From: Mobula hypostoma
Taxonomy: Eukaryota
Direction: 5' to 3'
NCBI RefSeq assembly: GCF_963921235.1
Contig: NC_086097.1
Coordinates: 178,996,001-179,060,000 of the forward strand
DNA: 64,000 bases
A program made the position numbers and the translations under genes. The stretch's first letter is position 1, and each line of letters starts with the position of its first letter. Of the stretch, positions 38,062-50,405 are shown piece by piece. Below the pieces are notes generated by a model. The model did not search any database. It saw only the letters and a list, made by a program, of their open reading frames with translations, and was not told the DNA's origin.

Positions 38062-38354
38062 TGTCGAATGCAGGCTCCTCCCAGTATCCACCCAGCTATC
38101 ACTTGCCACTTGTTTCCACTTATCACCTGCAGCCTATTTAAACCCAGCACTCATCGGCAAATCTTGATCGCTCCTCAACCAGTTGCTCCTAGCCTTCAGT
38201 TACCTTGTTACCTGTAAGTTTAGTATCTGTCCTCTCTTGTTTTGTGGCCCTTCAAGGCTGGTTATTCTTGCAGTCGATTATTAAACTTACCGTCATTGCT
38301 GAATCGTCTCCGCCACTCTGCTTTTGGGTTAAGCCTCCTCTACATTTCCTGACA
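38062..38354 (+). repeat. 3' LTR of the Gypsy element
   Basis: Preceded by a G-rich PPT; begins TGTC and ends GACA; homologous to the 5' LTR. Confidence 0.88.
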
Positions 38355-39339
38355 CTCTCCTTGCTCTGATGATTGACCAATTTGTGACCTCGGCCGTGTT
38401 AATGACCTTCTCCCTCCTGCACCTCACTTACGAACATAGAACAGTACAGGAACAGGAACAGGCCCTCTGACCCACAATGTCTGTGCTGAACGTGATGCCA
38501 GCTGTGCTTCCACCACCATACCAAGGTACCCATCACTCTGTGTAAAAACTGGCCCTGCACATTTTCTTTAAACATTCCCCTCTCAAGTTAAAACTATATT
38601 CTCTACTCTGACCTTTCCACTCTGGGGAAAAAAATTCCAGCTGTCTACCCTACCTCTGCATCTCATAATTTTATAAACCTATATCAGGTCTCCTACCAGC
38701 CTCGACTGTTCCAGAGAAATCAACACAAGGGTGTCCAACCTCTTCTGATAGTTGCATCCTGATAAACCTCACCGTTGTTCGGAGTCATGGTGAGAAACAA
38801 CATGAAAACAGGCCTTTCAGCCCGCTGAATCCAAATTTTATTTAGCGATACAATGCAGAAAAGGCCCTACCTGCCCTTCGAACAACACCACACAGCAACC
38901 AGCGACAATGCCAGATTTAACCCTGACCCAGTTGCAGGACAATTTACAGAGAACCATTAACCTACTATCTGGTACATCTTTGCACGGTGGGAGGAAACCG
39001 AAGGAAGCCCACACATTTCATAGGGGGAGTTCTTACAAAGGATGCTGGGATTGAACTGTGAACTCTGACGCCCTGGGTTGTAATAGCATCGTGATACTGA
39101 TCAGCAACCTCCAAGTTATGCATACCATTTGTTTTCTCCCTTTTTATTGTTCCTGTGCAATTCTCTGCACTCACCCACATATCAGGGGTAATTAACCCAC
39201 CAGTCCAGGCACGTTTGGGAAACGCGAGGAAACAAGAACATACAGAAGAAAACATGTGGTCATAAGGAGATGTCAGGATCAAACTCAGGTCTCTAGCACT
39301 GTGGTAGACCTCTGCTGCCCTTAATTTTGATGAGGTTCC

Positions 39340-39705
39340 TTCATTCAAATGGAATGCGGACAGGCATCGATTGTCCATCCCTAATTGCTCCTGACCTAAG
39401 AGGATTGAGGAACTATTTAAAAGGGCACTAGAGGGTTACCCACATTGGAGTCACCTATGGGATCAGACTGCATCTGGAAAATTTTCATCCCTGAAGGACA
39501 TCAGTGAACTAGATGGGTTTCTGCAACAGCCCTGTAGTTTCATGGTCACTCGCTTTTTATTGTCGATTTATTTAATTAATTGAATTTAAATTAGTTTATT
39601 ACTTGAATTCCCCAGTTGCAGTGGCGGGATTTGAACCGAAGCCTCCGGATCAGTAGGCAAGTTCTTTGGATACCTGCTCTGTGGCTTAACTGCTGCACTA
39701 CTGAG
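39340..39705 (-). mobile_element. tRNA-headed SINE remnant
   Basis: Minus-strand B box ggttcaaatcccgcc; body similar to the split copy at 60060-60210 plus 60760-60900. Confidence 0.6.
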
Positions 39706-39879
39706 TTTCCCAGATAAATGTAGCCGCCAGCTTTCTCAGGGACTGACTCTTGTACCTGTATGCAAGACAAGTTTTTCACTGTGCATCAGTGGATGTGACA
39801 ATAATAAATCAAGTTACTAATTTACAAGTTTTTTGCAATGTCTTCATCCTAGGAATTAGATCATAATGCAGATTAAAGC

Positions 39880-41985
39880 ACAGTACGGCCCACAATGTTG
39901 TGCAACCTACATAAACCTACTCACAATTAATCTAACACTTCCCTCCTGCACAGCCATAACCCTCCATTTTTCATACATCCATATGCCTATCCAAGAGTCT
40001 GTTAAAAGTCCCTCTACCAACACCTTCAGCACTGCATTCTGAGCAACCACCACTCCCCCTGTAAACAAACCCTCCTCTGACATCTCCCCTAAGCTTTCCT
40101 CCACTCACCTCCAAACTATGTCCTGTTGTATTGGCTACTGTCGCCGTAGGGAAAAGACATTGGCTGTCTACTCTACCTACACATCTTATCTTCCATACAT
40201 CTCTATCAAATCATCTCTCACCTCATAGAACCATAGAACCATAGAAACTACAGCACAGAAACAGGCCTTTTGGCCCTTCTTGGCTGTGCCGAACCATTTT
40301 CTGCCTAGTCCCACTGACCTGCACACGGACCATATCCCTCCATACACCTCCCATCCATGTATCTGTCCAATTTATTCTTAAATGTTAAAAAAGAACCCGC
40401 ATTTACCACCTCGTCTGGCAGCTCATTCCATACTCCCACCACTCTCTGTGTGAAGAAGCCCCCCCCCCAATGTGCCCTTTAAACTTTTCCCCCCTCACCC
40501 TTAACCCATGTCCTCTGGTTTTTTTCTCCCCATGCCTCAGTGGAAAAAGCCTGTTTGCATTCACTCTATCTATACCCAACATAATTTTATATACCTGTAT
40601 CAAATCTCCCCTCATTCTTCTACGCTCCAAGGAATAAAGTCCTAACCTATTCAACCTTTCTCTGTAACTGAGTTTCTCAAGTCCCGGCAACATCCTTGTA
40701 AACCTTCTCTGCACTCTTCCAACCTTATTTACATCCTTCCTGTAATTTGGTGACCAAAACTGAACACAATACTCCAGATTCGGCCTCACTAATGCCTGAT
40801 ACAACCTCATCATAACATTCCAGCTCTTATACTCAATACTTTGATTAATAAAGGCCAATGTACCAAAAGCTCTCTTTACGACCCTATCTACCTGTGACGC
40901 CACTTTTAGGGAATTTTGTATCTGTATTCCCAGATCCCTCTGTTCCACTGCACTCCTCAGTGCCTTACCATTAACCCTGTATGTTCTACCTTGATTTGTC
41001 CTTCCAACGTGCAATACCTCACACTTGTCTGTATTAAACTCCATCTGCCATTTTTCAGCCCATCTTTCCAGCTGGTCCAAGTCCCTCTGCAGGCTCTGAG
41101 AACCTTCCTCACTGTCTACTACACCTCCAATCTTTGTATCATCAGCAAATTTGCTGATCCAATTTACCACATTATCATCCAGATCATTGATATAGATGAC
41201 AAATAACAATGGACCCAGCACTGATCCCTGTGGCACACCACTAGTCACAGGCCTCCACTCGGAGAAGCAATTCTCTACTACCATTCTTTGGCTTCTTCCA
41301 TTGAGCCAATGTCTAATCCAATTTACCACCTCTCCATGTATACCTAGCGACTGAATTTTCCTAACTAACCTCCCATGCGGGACCTTGTCAAAGGCCTTAC
41401 TGAAGTCCATGTAGACAATATCCACTGCCTTCCCTTCATCCACTTTCAAAGAGTCTCACTCAATCTTTCCTCATGAGATATGGAGTCAGATCCAGATAGC
41501 ATCCTGGTAAATCTTCTCTGCACCCTCTCTATAGGAGGCTTACACATCCTTTCTATAATGGGGTGATGAGAACTGAACACAATTCTCCATGTGCTCTAAG
41601 CAGGGTTTTATAGAGCTGCAACATTACCTTGCAGTTCTTGAACTCAATTCCCAGACTAATGAAAGCCAACACACCATACACCTCCTTAACCACCCTATCA
41701 ACCTGCATGTCAACTTTGAGGGATCTATGTTTTATGGACCCCAAGGTCCTTCTGTTCCTCAGCTCTGCTAAAAATCCTGCTGTTAAGCCTGTAGTCTGCC
41801 TTACCTTCCACTTCACACCTCTCAGGATTGAACTCCATTTGCCACTTCTCCAGTTCTGCATCCTGTCTATTATCCTGTTGTAACTCATGACAAACCTCAC
41901 CACTTTCCACAACACCAACCAAAGTTTATGTCATCTGCAAACTAACCCATCTCTCTGCTTCCCCTTCCAAGTATCCATGAGGATC
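39880..41985 (-). mobile_element. Older CR1 fragment interrupted by the young CR1 at 40224-41447
   Basis: atcaaatcatctctcacct (to 40223) continues at about 41448 (aaagagtctcactcaatc); minus ORFs contain EKWQMEFNPERCE and VYGVLAFISLGIEFK. Confidence 0.8.
40224..41447 (-). mobile_element. Young 5'-truncated CR1/HER1-type LINE with open RT frame
   Basis: 348-aa ORF with YMDFSKAFDKVPH, GVPQGSVLGPLLF and SKFADDTK; 3' tail of ttctatgg repeats. Confidence 0.96.
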
Positions 41986-41994
41986 CTCACTAAA

Positions 41995-42282
41995 TATAGT
42001 GGAAGCCTTTTAGGACCGAGATCAGGAAAAACTTCTTCACACAGAGAGTGGTGAATCTGTGGAATTCTCTGCCACAGGAAACTGTTGAGGCCAGTTCATT
42101 GGCTATATTTAAGAGGGAGTTAGATATGGCCCTTGTGGCTACGGGGGTCAGGGGGTATGGAGGGAAGGCTGGGGCGGGGTTCTGAGTTGGATGATCAGCC
42201 ATGATCATAATAAATGGCAGTGCAGGCTCGAAGGGCCGAATGGCCTACTCCTGCACCTATTTTCTATGTTTCTATGTTTCTA
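41995..42282 (+). mobile_element. Young CR1 3' end
   Basis: aacttcttcacacagagagtggtgaatctgtggaattctctgcc...gggccgaatggcctactcctgcacctat(ttctatgt)n. Confidence 0.9.
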
Positions 42283-44629
42283 AAGGGATTGGTTTGGTCA
42301 AGGTGGTATCTACTGTTTGGGCCTTGACTGGTTTTCTTCAGATTCAATTATTGCTCAATAATATGGTTACTTCACCTGTTGTAACAGCAACAAGGGACAA
42401 AAGGAAATAACTGCGATTGGATTGGATTAGACTGGCTTGGCTTGTGTTAGCTTGAATTCTACTTCACAGTCCACCTGGTTTTAGCCTTGCATCTTATTGT
42501 CTGCCTGCACTGTACTTTCTCCGTAACTGTATAGTATATTCCGTTATATTTGGTTTGATAAAATTGAATTGGATTGATTGGGATTGGCTTACTTTGAATT
42601 GGTTTGGATTCCGGACAATTTCAGCTTTTTAACTTTGCCCGTTGGGAAGAAGATCCCATTACCTCAGTGTAATTCCTAAACTCAGGATGACACAAAGCAG
42701 GTTAATCTGAGGATTTCTTTTCTGAAGTTTAGTCCCTGATGAGATGGAGACACAACAGCCAACATCTAAGAGCAAGCTCACTCAATAGCAGTGCAATGAG
42801 GGCCTCTCAGTGCCTCTGGGATCATGCACTGCACGTGTTGGAGGGGAATGTCACTGAATTTGCTCCTTACATAACACATCTTGCACACAAATTGCACAGA
42901 TGTTAAACTGAGGTGCTATCGCATCACTCAGAATCACACAGTCATAGAGATATACAGCAAAGAAACAGAGCCTTCAGCCCAACCTGTTTACGCTGACCAT
43001 GGTGCCTTTCTGAGATGGTTCCATTTGCCTCTGTTTGACCCATATCCCTCGAAATCTTTCCTATCTATGTACTCGTCCAAATATCTTTTAGATGTTGTAA
43101 TTGTACCCACCTCTTCTGCTTTCTCTGATAGCTCATTCCATATACCCACCACAGTCTGTATGAAAAGTTTACCTCTCAGGCCCCTTTAAGTTTTCCCCTC
43201 TCACCTTAGTTTGAGGCTCCCCTACACTTGGGAAAGGACTGTGACCACCCAACTTACCTCTACCCTTCATGATTATATAAGCCTCTACAAGGCCCCGGCT
43301 GCACCCTTGTGAGTCTCTTCTCCATCTTTTCCGGTTTAATGACATCCTTCCTATAGTGTGGTGACAAGCATTCCACAGAAAGCCAGGACTTATGCAAGCC
43401 TTACACAGGATCTTCTGCAAGAGACATTGATGTGCACATGGGCTGTGTTCAGGAAGAACCCAGACAGACAGGAGCCTCCATGCGGGTTGGGGGGCGGGTG
43501 GTGGGGACACTCACAAGAAGCTGTCAGGAGGAAGTGAATGAGCATTAGAAGGGGAGTAATTTGTAGAGGGATGAGGAAAGTGTACAGAAACATACAGATC
43601 AGATACCATTCAGTCTATTAAACCCACTCCACCATGAAGGCTGATCCAACCTAAGCTGGAAAGGATGCAAAAAAGGCTTACAAGGATGTTGCTTGACTGA
43701 AGGTCTGTAGACTGGATAGGCTGGGACTGTGTTCCCTGAAGTGGAGAAAGCTGAGGGGTGATCTCATAGAATTTGATAAAATCCTGAGGGACAAAGATAA
43801 AGTAATAGTCAGAGTCTTTTTCAATATTTTTATTAATTACTTGCATAGATGAATACAAAATACGTTATGGTATTATGGAAACAGAAACAAGATTGAATTT
43901 AAAGTAATAGTCACAGTCTGTTTCCTGGGCAGAAAAGCCTAAAATTAGAAGGCACAGATTTAAGGTGAGAAGGGAATGATTTAAAGGGGATTTTCTAGGG
44001 GCAATTTTTTCACATAGATTGGGGCTGGGTACATGGAATGAGCTGTCAGTGAAAGTGGTAGAGGCAGGTACAATTACAACATTTGGACCAGATGAATGCA
44101 ATGAAATATTTTAGAGCTGGGGCTCCCAACCGTTTTTATGCCATGGACCCCTGCCATTAACTAAAAGGTGTGTGGTGCCCAGGTTGGTCTGTTTTAGAGG
44201 AACATGAGCATACTGCAGGGAAGTGGGACCAGCTCAGGATGGCATGGACAAGTTCGGCCAAAGGGTCTGTTCCCGAGCTGTATGGCTCTGTAACTCTGTT
44301 AACTCCCCGAGCCCAGTGCATCCTCTACCTCCTCTCCACCAACACAGTTTCCTTTGTGGGCTCAGAATTGGCAAACCTCTCTGTCTGAGGACCGTCGAAA
44401 GCTATTGGAGGTGAGATGTGGAAACTTCAGAGTAATGGGACTAGGTCAGGGAGCCAGCTTCTTCACAGGGCCTGTTCTTTGCTGTAGTGACTCCATGGTG
44501 ACAGACTGTTCTCTTCACTCCCTCCTACCCACAGTCACCGTCATTAAGAGTGTATCAACACACGCATTAAAAAGAAATCTGAAATTCCTGCTCCCAACAC
44601 CCTGCTGGAGGGTGCATCCCCTCTTCATC

Positions 44630-45125
44630 CCATCCAGATGCATCAGGGCTTGGTGTGGCAATTGCTCTGCATGTGACGATAACCAGCTGCAGAGAGTTGT
44701 GGGTGCAGCTCAGCACATCACCGAAATCAGCCTCACCCCCATCCCATGGACTCTGTCTTCCCTTCTCACTGCCTCAGTAAAGCAGACAGCATAATCAAAC
44801 CCCACCCCATCCGGATCATTCTCCCTTCTCCCCCCTCATTGGGAAGAAAACACAAAAGCCTGAAAGCGCATTGCCACCAGGCTCAAGGACAGCTTCTAAC
44901 CCAGTGTTATCAGACATTTGAACAGACGTCTTGTATGTTAAACTTGACTTTTAATCTCTCAGTCTGCCTTGTCATGGCCCTTGCACTGTATTGTCTGCAT
45001 TTTCTCTGTAACTGTAACACTGCTTTTGGCTATTGACTTTCCCCTGTACTTCCTCAATATACTGATGTAATGAAAAATGAATTTTTTTACTCTACCTTGG
45101 TACATGTGACAACAATAAACATTTT
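44630..45125 (+). mobile_element. Rex1/Babar-type LINE 3' fragment
   Basis: CIRAWCGNCSACDDNQLQRVVGAAQHIT and the characteristic gtgacaacaataaac tail. Confidence 0.8.
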
Positions 45126-48100
45126 ACCAAATTTGCCCTTTGAGGGAGAGAGAGCCCCAAAGACTCACAAGCTTTTGAGATAGGGATATTGGAATTGATC
45201 AGATTGTTTTGCTAAGTGTTAGGATGGGCCAGTAGGCCTCTTGACCCATAGCAGGCCTTCGATCCTCTGACTGAGCACCTTGCAGAAAGGAGAGAGCTGC
45301 CATGCAGTCAGTGGGGGGGATCTCATTGAAGCATACCGAATATTGGAAGTCCCAGGTGTACAGTGTGAGAGTCTAGGACCAGGGGGCACAGCCTCACAGT
45401 AGTAGGACATCCCTTTAGAACAGAGTTAAGGAGGAATTTCTTTAGCCAGAGAGTGAATCTGTAAAATTCATTGCCACAGATGGCTGTGGATGCCAAGTTA
45501 TCTGGTATACTTTGGTATAAAGAGGAGGTTGATAGGTTCTTGATTAGTAAGGGTGTCAAAAGGTGGGTTGAGAAAGAGGATAAATCAGCCATGATGCAAT
45601 GGCAGAATAAACTTGATGGCCCAAATGGCCTAATTTTGCACTTACATTTATTGGCGTACATAGTAAAGGGGAATGAACACTAACTGAAGCTGATCATTTT
45701 CCCCTCAGCCACAGTTCCACACCAGTTGATATTTTCTCTGCTTGCGGGAGTTTTTTTCAATTTGTTTTTCCTTTGACCGGCTGTTACCCCATTAGACATC
45801 CCGACTACAGGTGCACACCAGCTCCACTCAGCAGCCCAGCTCACTCCACCGGGCGCTGTGACAAATTGTCTAGCAGAGCAAGAGAGTATATAATCTGTCA
45901 GATGTTCCTAGCAGTGTTTTCCAAAGTTGGGATTACTCTTTTTCCCCTGAGCTTGTCGTCTTCTTTGCTATGTGAATTCAGGTCACTAGGCAGGGTTATA
46001 AATTTCTGTTCTCATGCTAGCAGGAGGAAAAGCAGTACATCTTAGAATCATAGAGTCATACAGCGTGGAATCAGGCTCTTCAGCCCATTTAGTCCATGAC
46101 AACCTAGTCCCAGCTACTTACACTGGGATCACATCCCTTCTTACCCTTCCCCCCTTCCCATCCATCTACCTATCCAAACTTCTTGTAGGTGTAACAATTG
46201 AAGCTGCATCTACCTATTTCATAGGCAGTTCATTCCACACTCGTACCACCCTCCAATTGAAGAAGTTTCTTCTTACAAAATCATTACAAAGTGCAAGCCA
46301 AGGCTGTTTGGCCCATTGGCTCCGTGCCAGCCTTTTTGCACGTCTTCAGCCTCCTGCCACCCCTCTGTATTGATCCCCACTGTCACCACACCCTTCACAG
46401 TTCCAGCTTTCACATAATCCTCATAGACTCAGGCAACAACGAAACAGGCCTTTTGGCCCATCTCAAATATGCTGGCCATCAAGCACCTATCCCTACCCAA
46501 AAAAGATTTACAAGAGTATTACCAGGAAAGGAGAATTGAGTTATAAGGAGACACTGGCTAGGTGGGGGCTATTTTTCCTGCAGTATAGGAGGTTGAGTCG
46601 TAATCTTATAGAGATTTATAAAATCCTGGGGACATAGATAAAGTGATTGATGACAGTCTTTTCCCCAGGGTAAGGGAATCTAAAACTAAGAGGCATGGGT
46701 TTAAGGTGGGAGGGGAAATATCCAAAGGAAAACGGAGGGGAAACTTTTTCACACAGAAGGGGTTGGATGTATGGAATGAGCTGCCAGAGGGCATGGTAGA
46801 GATGGACATAATGACACTGAGGGAGAAGAGAGACGAGGCAAGTCTGGAGAAGAGATTAGAGTCCAGAGAATGGGTACAGTAGCTGAGAGCATCCAGTAAC
46901 GAGGCAAAGGGAGATCAGCAAAGCACAAAGGAGAAATGCCTTCCTCAGTCACCCACCGCCACTTCTTCACAACTACCTTCAACTTTGCTTAGTCTCTGAG
47001 TACTTGGTTCAATTGTATGTAGTTACTTCAACCAATCAACAACATCTGTACAATTCTCTGCAATACCAACAATTTGGTGTTTCTGTGATCACAACAATAC
47101 AAACATTAGAAGCTTTACTGCTCACTGCTGCAGGAACATCACAAAACAGTTAGTTGATTAATGTCAGTTAAGACTATTAAACTACATAAATTTGCTAGTC
47201 AGGAACCCCCTGGTGCACTGTTAAGCCACATTACAGAACAGAAAAAGAACAGGCTCCATTAGGTTTAATGACTTCTACAACACCCATTATAGTGCACAGA
47301 TCTCTTAAACAGGCAAAGTGCTGCTCAAATGCTTCAAGAAGAATTGGTTTCCTCTACCCCCAGCATTCCCTCACCCCACACGCTCTGATTTATACCTTGA
47401 AACACTGCACATTATCTCCCAGAAAAGGAACTGGCTGAGAGCTTCCAGCACAGTGTATGTCTTTGTTGATGGGTGTATGCACAACCCTGCAGTGTTAACC
47501 CAGCTAATTCCTTAATGCCTCAGGACTGGGTAGGTAACTCTCACAGAGCACATGGAGACACAAGAGAGCAAAGGACCATAAGACATTGGAGCAAAATTAG
47601 GCCATTCGGCCCATTGAGTCTGCTCTGTCATTCCATCATGGTTGATTTATTTCCGTCTCAACACCATCTCTGCCACGGACCGCAGTGAGGCCGAGTCCGT
47701 GTGTATATTTAAGGCGGAAGTTGATGGTTTCCTGATCGATCAGGGCATCAAAGGATATGGCGAGAAGGCAGGTGTATGGGGTTGAGGGGAATCTGTGATC
47801 AGCCATAATGGAATGGCTGAGCAGATTCAATGGGCTGAATGGCCTAATTCTGCTCCTATGTCTGATGGTCATTCTCCTTCCTTCTCTCCATAACCTTTGA
47901 TGCTTTTACTAATCAAAAAGCTTTCAACCTTTGCTTTAAATATATCTAGTGACTTGGTCTCCATAGCCACTGTGGCAATGAATTCCACAGATTCAGCACC
48001 CTCTGGCTAAAGAAATTCCTCATCTCTGTTCTACAGAGATATTCTCATATTCTGAGGTTGTGTCTTCTTTTCCTAGATTCTCCCACCACTGGAAACATCC

Positions 48101-48994
48101 ACTCTATCTAGGCATTCAATATTCAGTAGGTTTCAATATGATCTCCCCTCATTCTCTAAGCTCCAATAAGTACAGGCCCAGAGCTATCAAATGCCCTTCA
48201 TGCATTAACCCTTTCATTCCCAGGCTCATTCTTGTAAATCTCCTGTGGACCGTCTCCAGTGCTAGCACATCCTTTCTTAGGTATGGGCCCAGAAGTGCTC
48301 ACACTACTCCAAATGTAGTCTGACATAAGGTCTCAAAGATTCTGTAGATGCTGGAAATCAGGAACAACGACACAAAATGCTGGAGAAACTCGGCAGGTCT
48401 GGCAGCATCGATGGAAAGGAAAAAGTGGTCAACTGGATGGATGACTGGTAGAGGAGAGATAAAGGTGTCTTTCAGTTCTACTGTCTATGTCATTCCAACA
48501 TTCAAAGCAAATAAAATTAACTTGCAGATTGATTCAAAAGTAAGGAGGGCACTCATCTCATAAGGACTGGAATATAAAAGCAAGGATTGATGCTGAGGAG
48601 TTCTAAGGCATTGACCAGACCAAATTTGGAGTATTGTGAGCAGTTTTGGGTTCTATGTTTAAGGAAGGATGTGCTGGCATTGTAGAGGAACCAGAGGAGA
48701 TTATTCATTACACAGGGCATTGAAGCAGTACAAGGTAAAGCAATAATACAATACAGAATAAAGTGTAACTTCGACAGAGGAAGTGTAGTGCAGGCAGATA
48801 ATAAGGTGCAAGGTCATAAAGAGGTGGATTGTGAGGTCAAGAGTCCATCTATGGTGCTAGGGGGCTGTTCAATAGGGAGGAATGGAGGTCTCTGTAGAGT
48901 CGCCTGACTGACTCCTGAGATGGTGAGTTGTAGTTCGGACCTGAAGCCTCCTGAAAATAAAAAATAACAATTGCAGTGCAGAAGATATAAAATA

Positions 48995-49210
48995 ATGACA
49001 GAAAATGCTGAAAACACTCAGCAGGTCAGGCAGCATCTGTGGAGGAAGAGACAGTTAATGTTTCAGGCCAAAGGTCCTTCCTCAGATCTGAGAAGGAGTT
49101 ATTAAAGGAATTTCTTTTAGATTCTTTCCCAATTCTGGCAAGAGTATTTGACCTGAAATGTTACTTCTGTTGCTTTTCCCACAGATGTGGCCTAAGTTCT
49201 TGGGTTTAAC
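48995..49210. mobile_element. Penelope-derived fold-back element with hammerhead-like core on the minus strand
   Basis: Minus strand near 49054-49090: CTGAGGA-AGGACCTTTGGCCT-GAAA-CATT. Confidence 0.6.
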
Positions 49211-50199
49211 AGCAAGTAAGGTGATCACTTTGAATCTGAAGAGGTTTGATGGGGTGGATGCAGAGATGATAGATCCCCACATGGGGTATCTAGAACCGGT
49301 GGTCCGAGGCTCGGAAGAAAGAGCTAACATTCAGGACAGAGGGAAAGAAATGTCTTCAATCAGAATCTTTGGAATTCTCTTCCTAAGGGGGCTGTGGAGG
49401 TTCAGTCACTAGATGTAATCAAGACAGAGAGTGACAGATCTTTAAGTATTAAATGACTCAGTGAATATGGGGTTATTAAAGAAAGCAACACTGAGCTGGT
49501 AAATCGTCCAAGGTCTTCCATGTCCACCATTCAGGAGCTGGATGCCCTTCTCCGGTTTCTGTCTCCAATGGCCTAACATCAGTGAGAATCAGATAAGATT
49601 GATGGGTTACACCACACTACTTGGGGAACATTGTGACGTGTTATAGGAGGCAAAGATAGTTAAAAATGTCAAATACTAGAGGACATGCATTTAAGGTGGG
49701 GGGGGAGATTAATTGAGATCTATGGGGCAAGCTTTTTACAGAGAATGATGCAGATACAGCCCCCCCCCGCTTCCCCCACCATGTCCTCTGTCTACACTTC
49801 TCCATGTCTCGGTAAAGCAGCCAGTATAATCGAAGACCTCACCCATCCCGGACATTCTCTCTTCCCCCTCTCCCGTTGGAGTGAAGATACAAATGCCCGA
49901 ACACACATGCCACCAGACAGGAGGACAGCTTCCAACCCATTGTTATAACAATTTTGAACAGATCCTGATAAGTTGGGATCTTGGCTCCACAATCTACCAC
50001 GCGTGGCCATTGCTCTTTATTTCTTTCTTTGCACTGAGCTTTCTCTGTAACTATATGTGTTTCCTGTTTTCTGCTTGCATTCTGTTTTCCTTTTTTATTG
50101 CCTTGATGTACTTGTGTATGGAATGATCTGTCAAGAAATCGAAAACCTTTCCACTGTACGTCATTGCATTGACAATGATAAACCCATTGCCAATTTACC

Positions 50200-50405
50200 A
50201 AAACACACGAAGTGCTGGAAGAGCTTGGCAGGTCAGGCAGGATCTATGGAATGGGATAACCAGTCGACCTTTCCACTCCTGAGGAAGGGTCTCGGCCCGA
50301 AACGTCAACTGTTTATTCCTTTCCATAAATACTGCCTGACCTGCTGAGTTGCTCTAGCACTTTATGTTTGTGGCTGGAGATTCCCAGTATCTGTAGAAAC
50401 TCTTG
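50200..50405. mobile_element. Penelope-derived fold-back element with hammerhead motif on the + strand
   Basis: Inverted arms flank CTGAGGA-A-GGGTCTCGGCCC-GAAA-CGTC (50279-50306). Confidence 0.75.

Larger units (their letters stand above)
34002..38354 (+). mobile_element. Decayed Gypsy/Ty3 LTR retrotransposon of sushi-like chromoviral type (gag-PR-RT-RNH-IN-chromo)
   Basis: Gag [61 protein letters not shown] and [13 protein letters not shown]; RNase [75 protein letters not shown]. Many stops and frameshifts; 5' boundary uncertain. Confidence 0.93.

Noticed and set aside
40403..41449. 348-aa RT ORF as an expressed host gene or bacterial RT system
   Set aside because: Typical CR1 ORF2 fragment, 5'-truncated without ATG or endonuclease, ending in a CR1 tail.
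42928..42975. cag|AATCACACA (NHT...) as the missing terminal ZNF521 exon
   Set aside because: No polypyrimidine tract; continues NHTVIEIYSK without the second His; runs into a reverse-strand CR1 tail.
44117..44190. Possible small hAT-type MITE inside a CR1 fragment
   Set aside because: Left end resembles caggggttcccaacc, but the right TIR and an 8-bp TSD cannot be verified.
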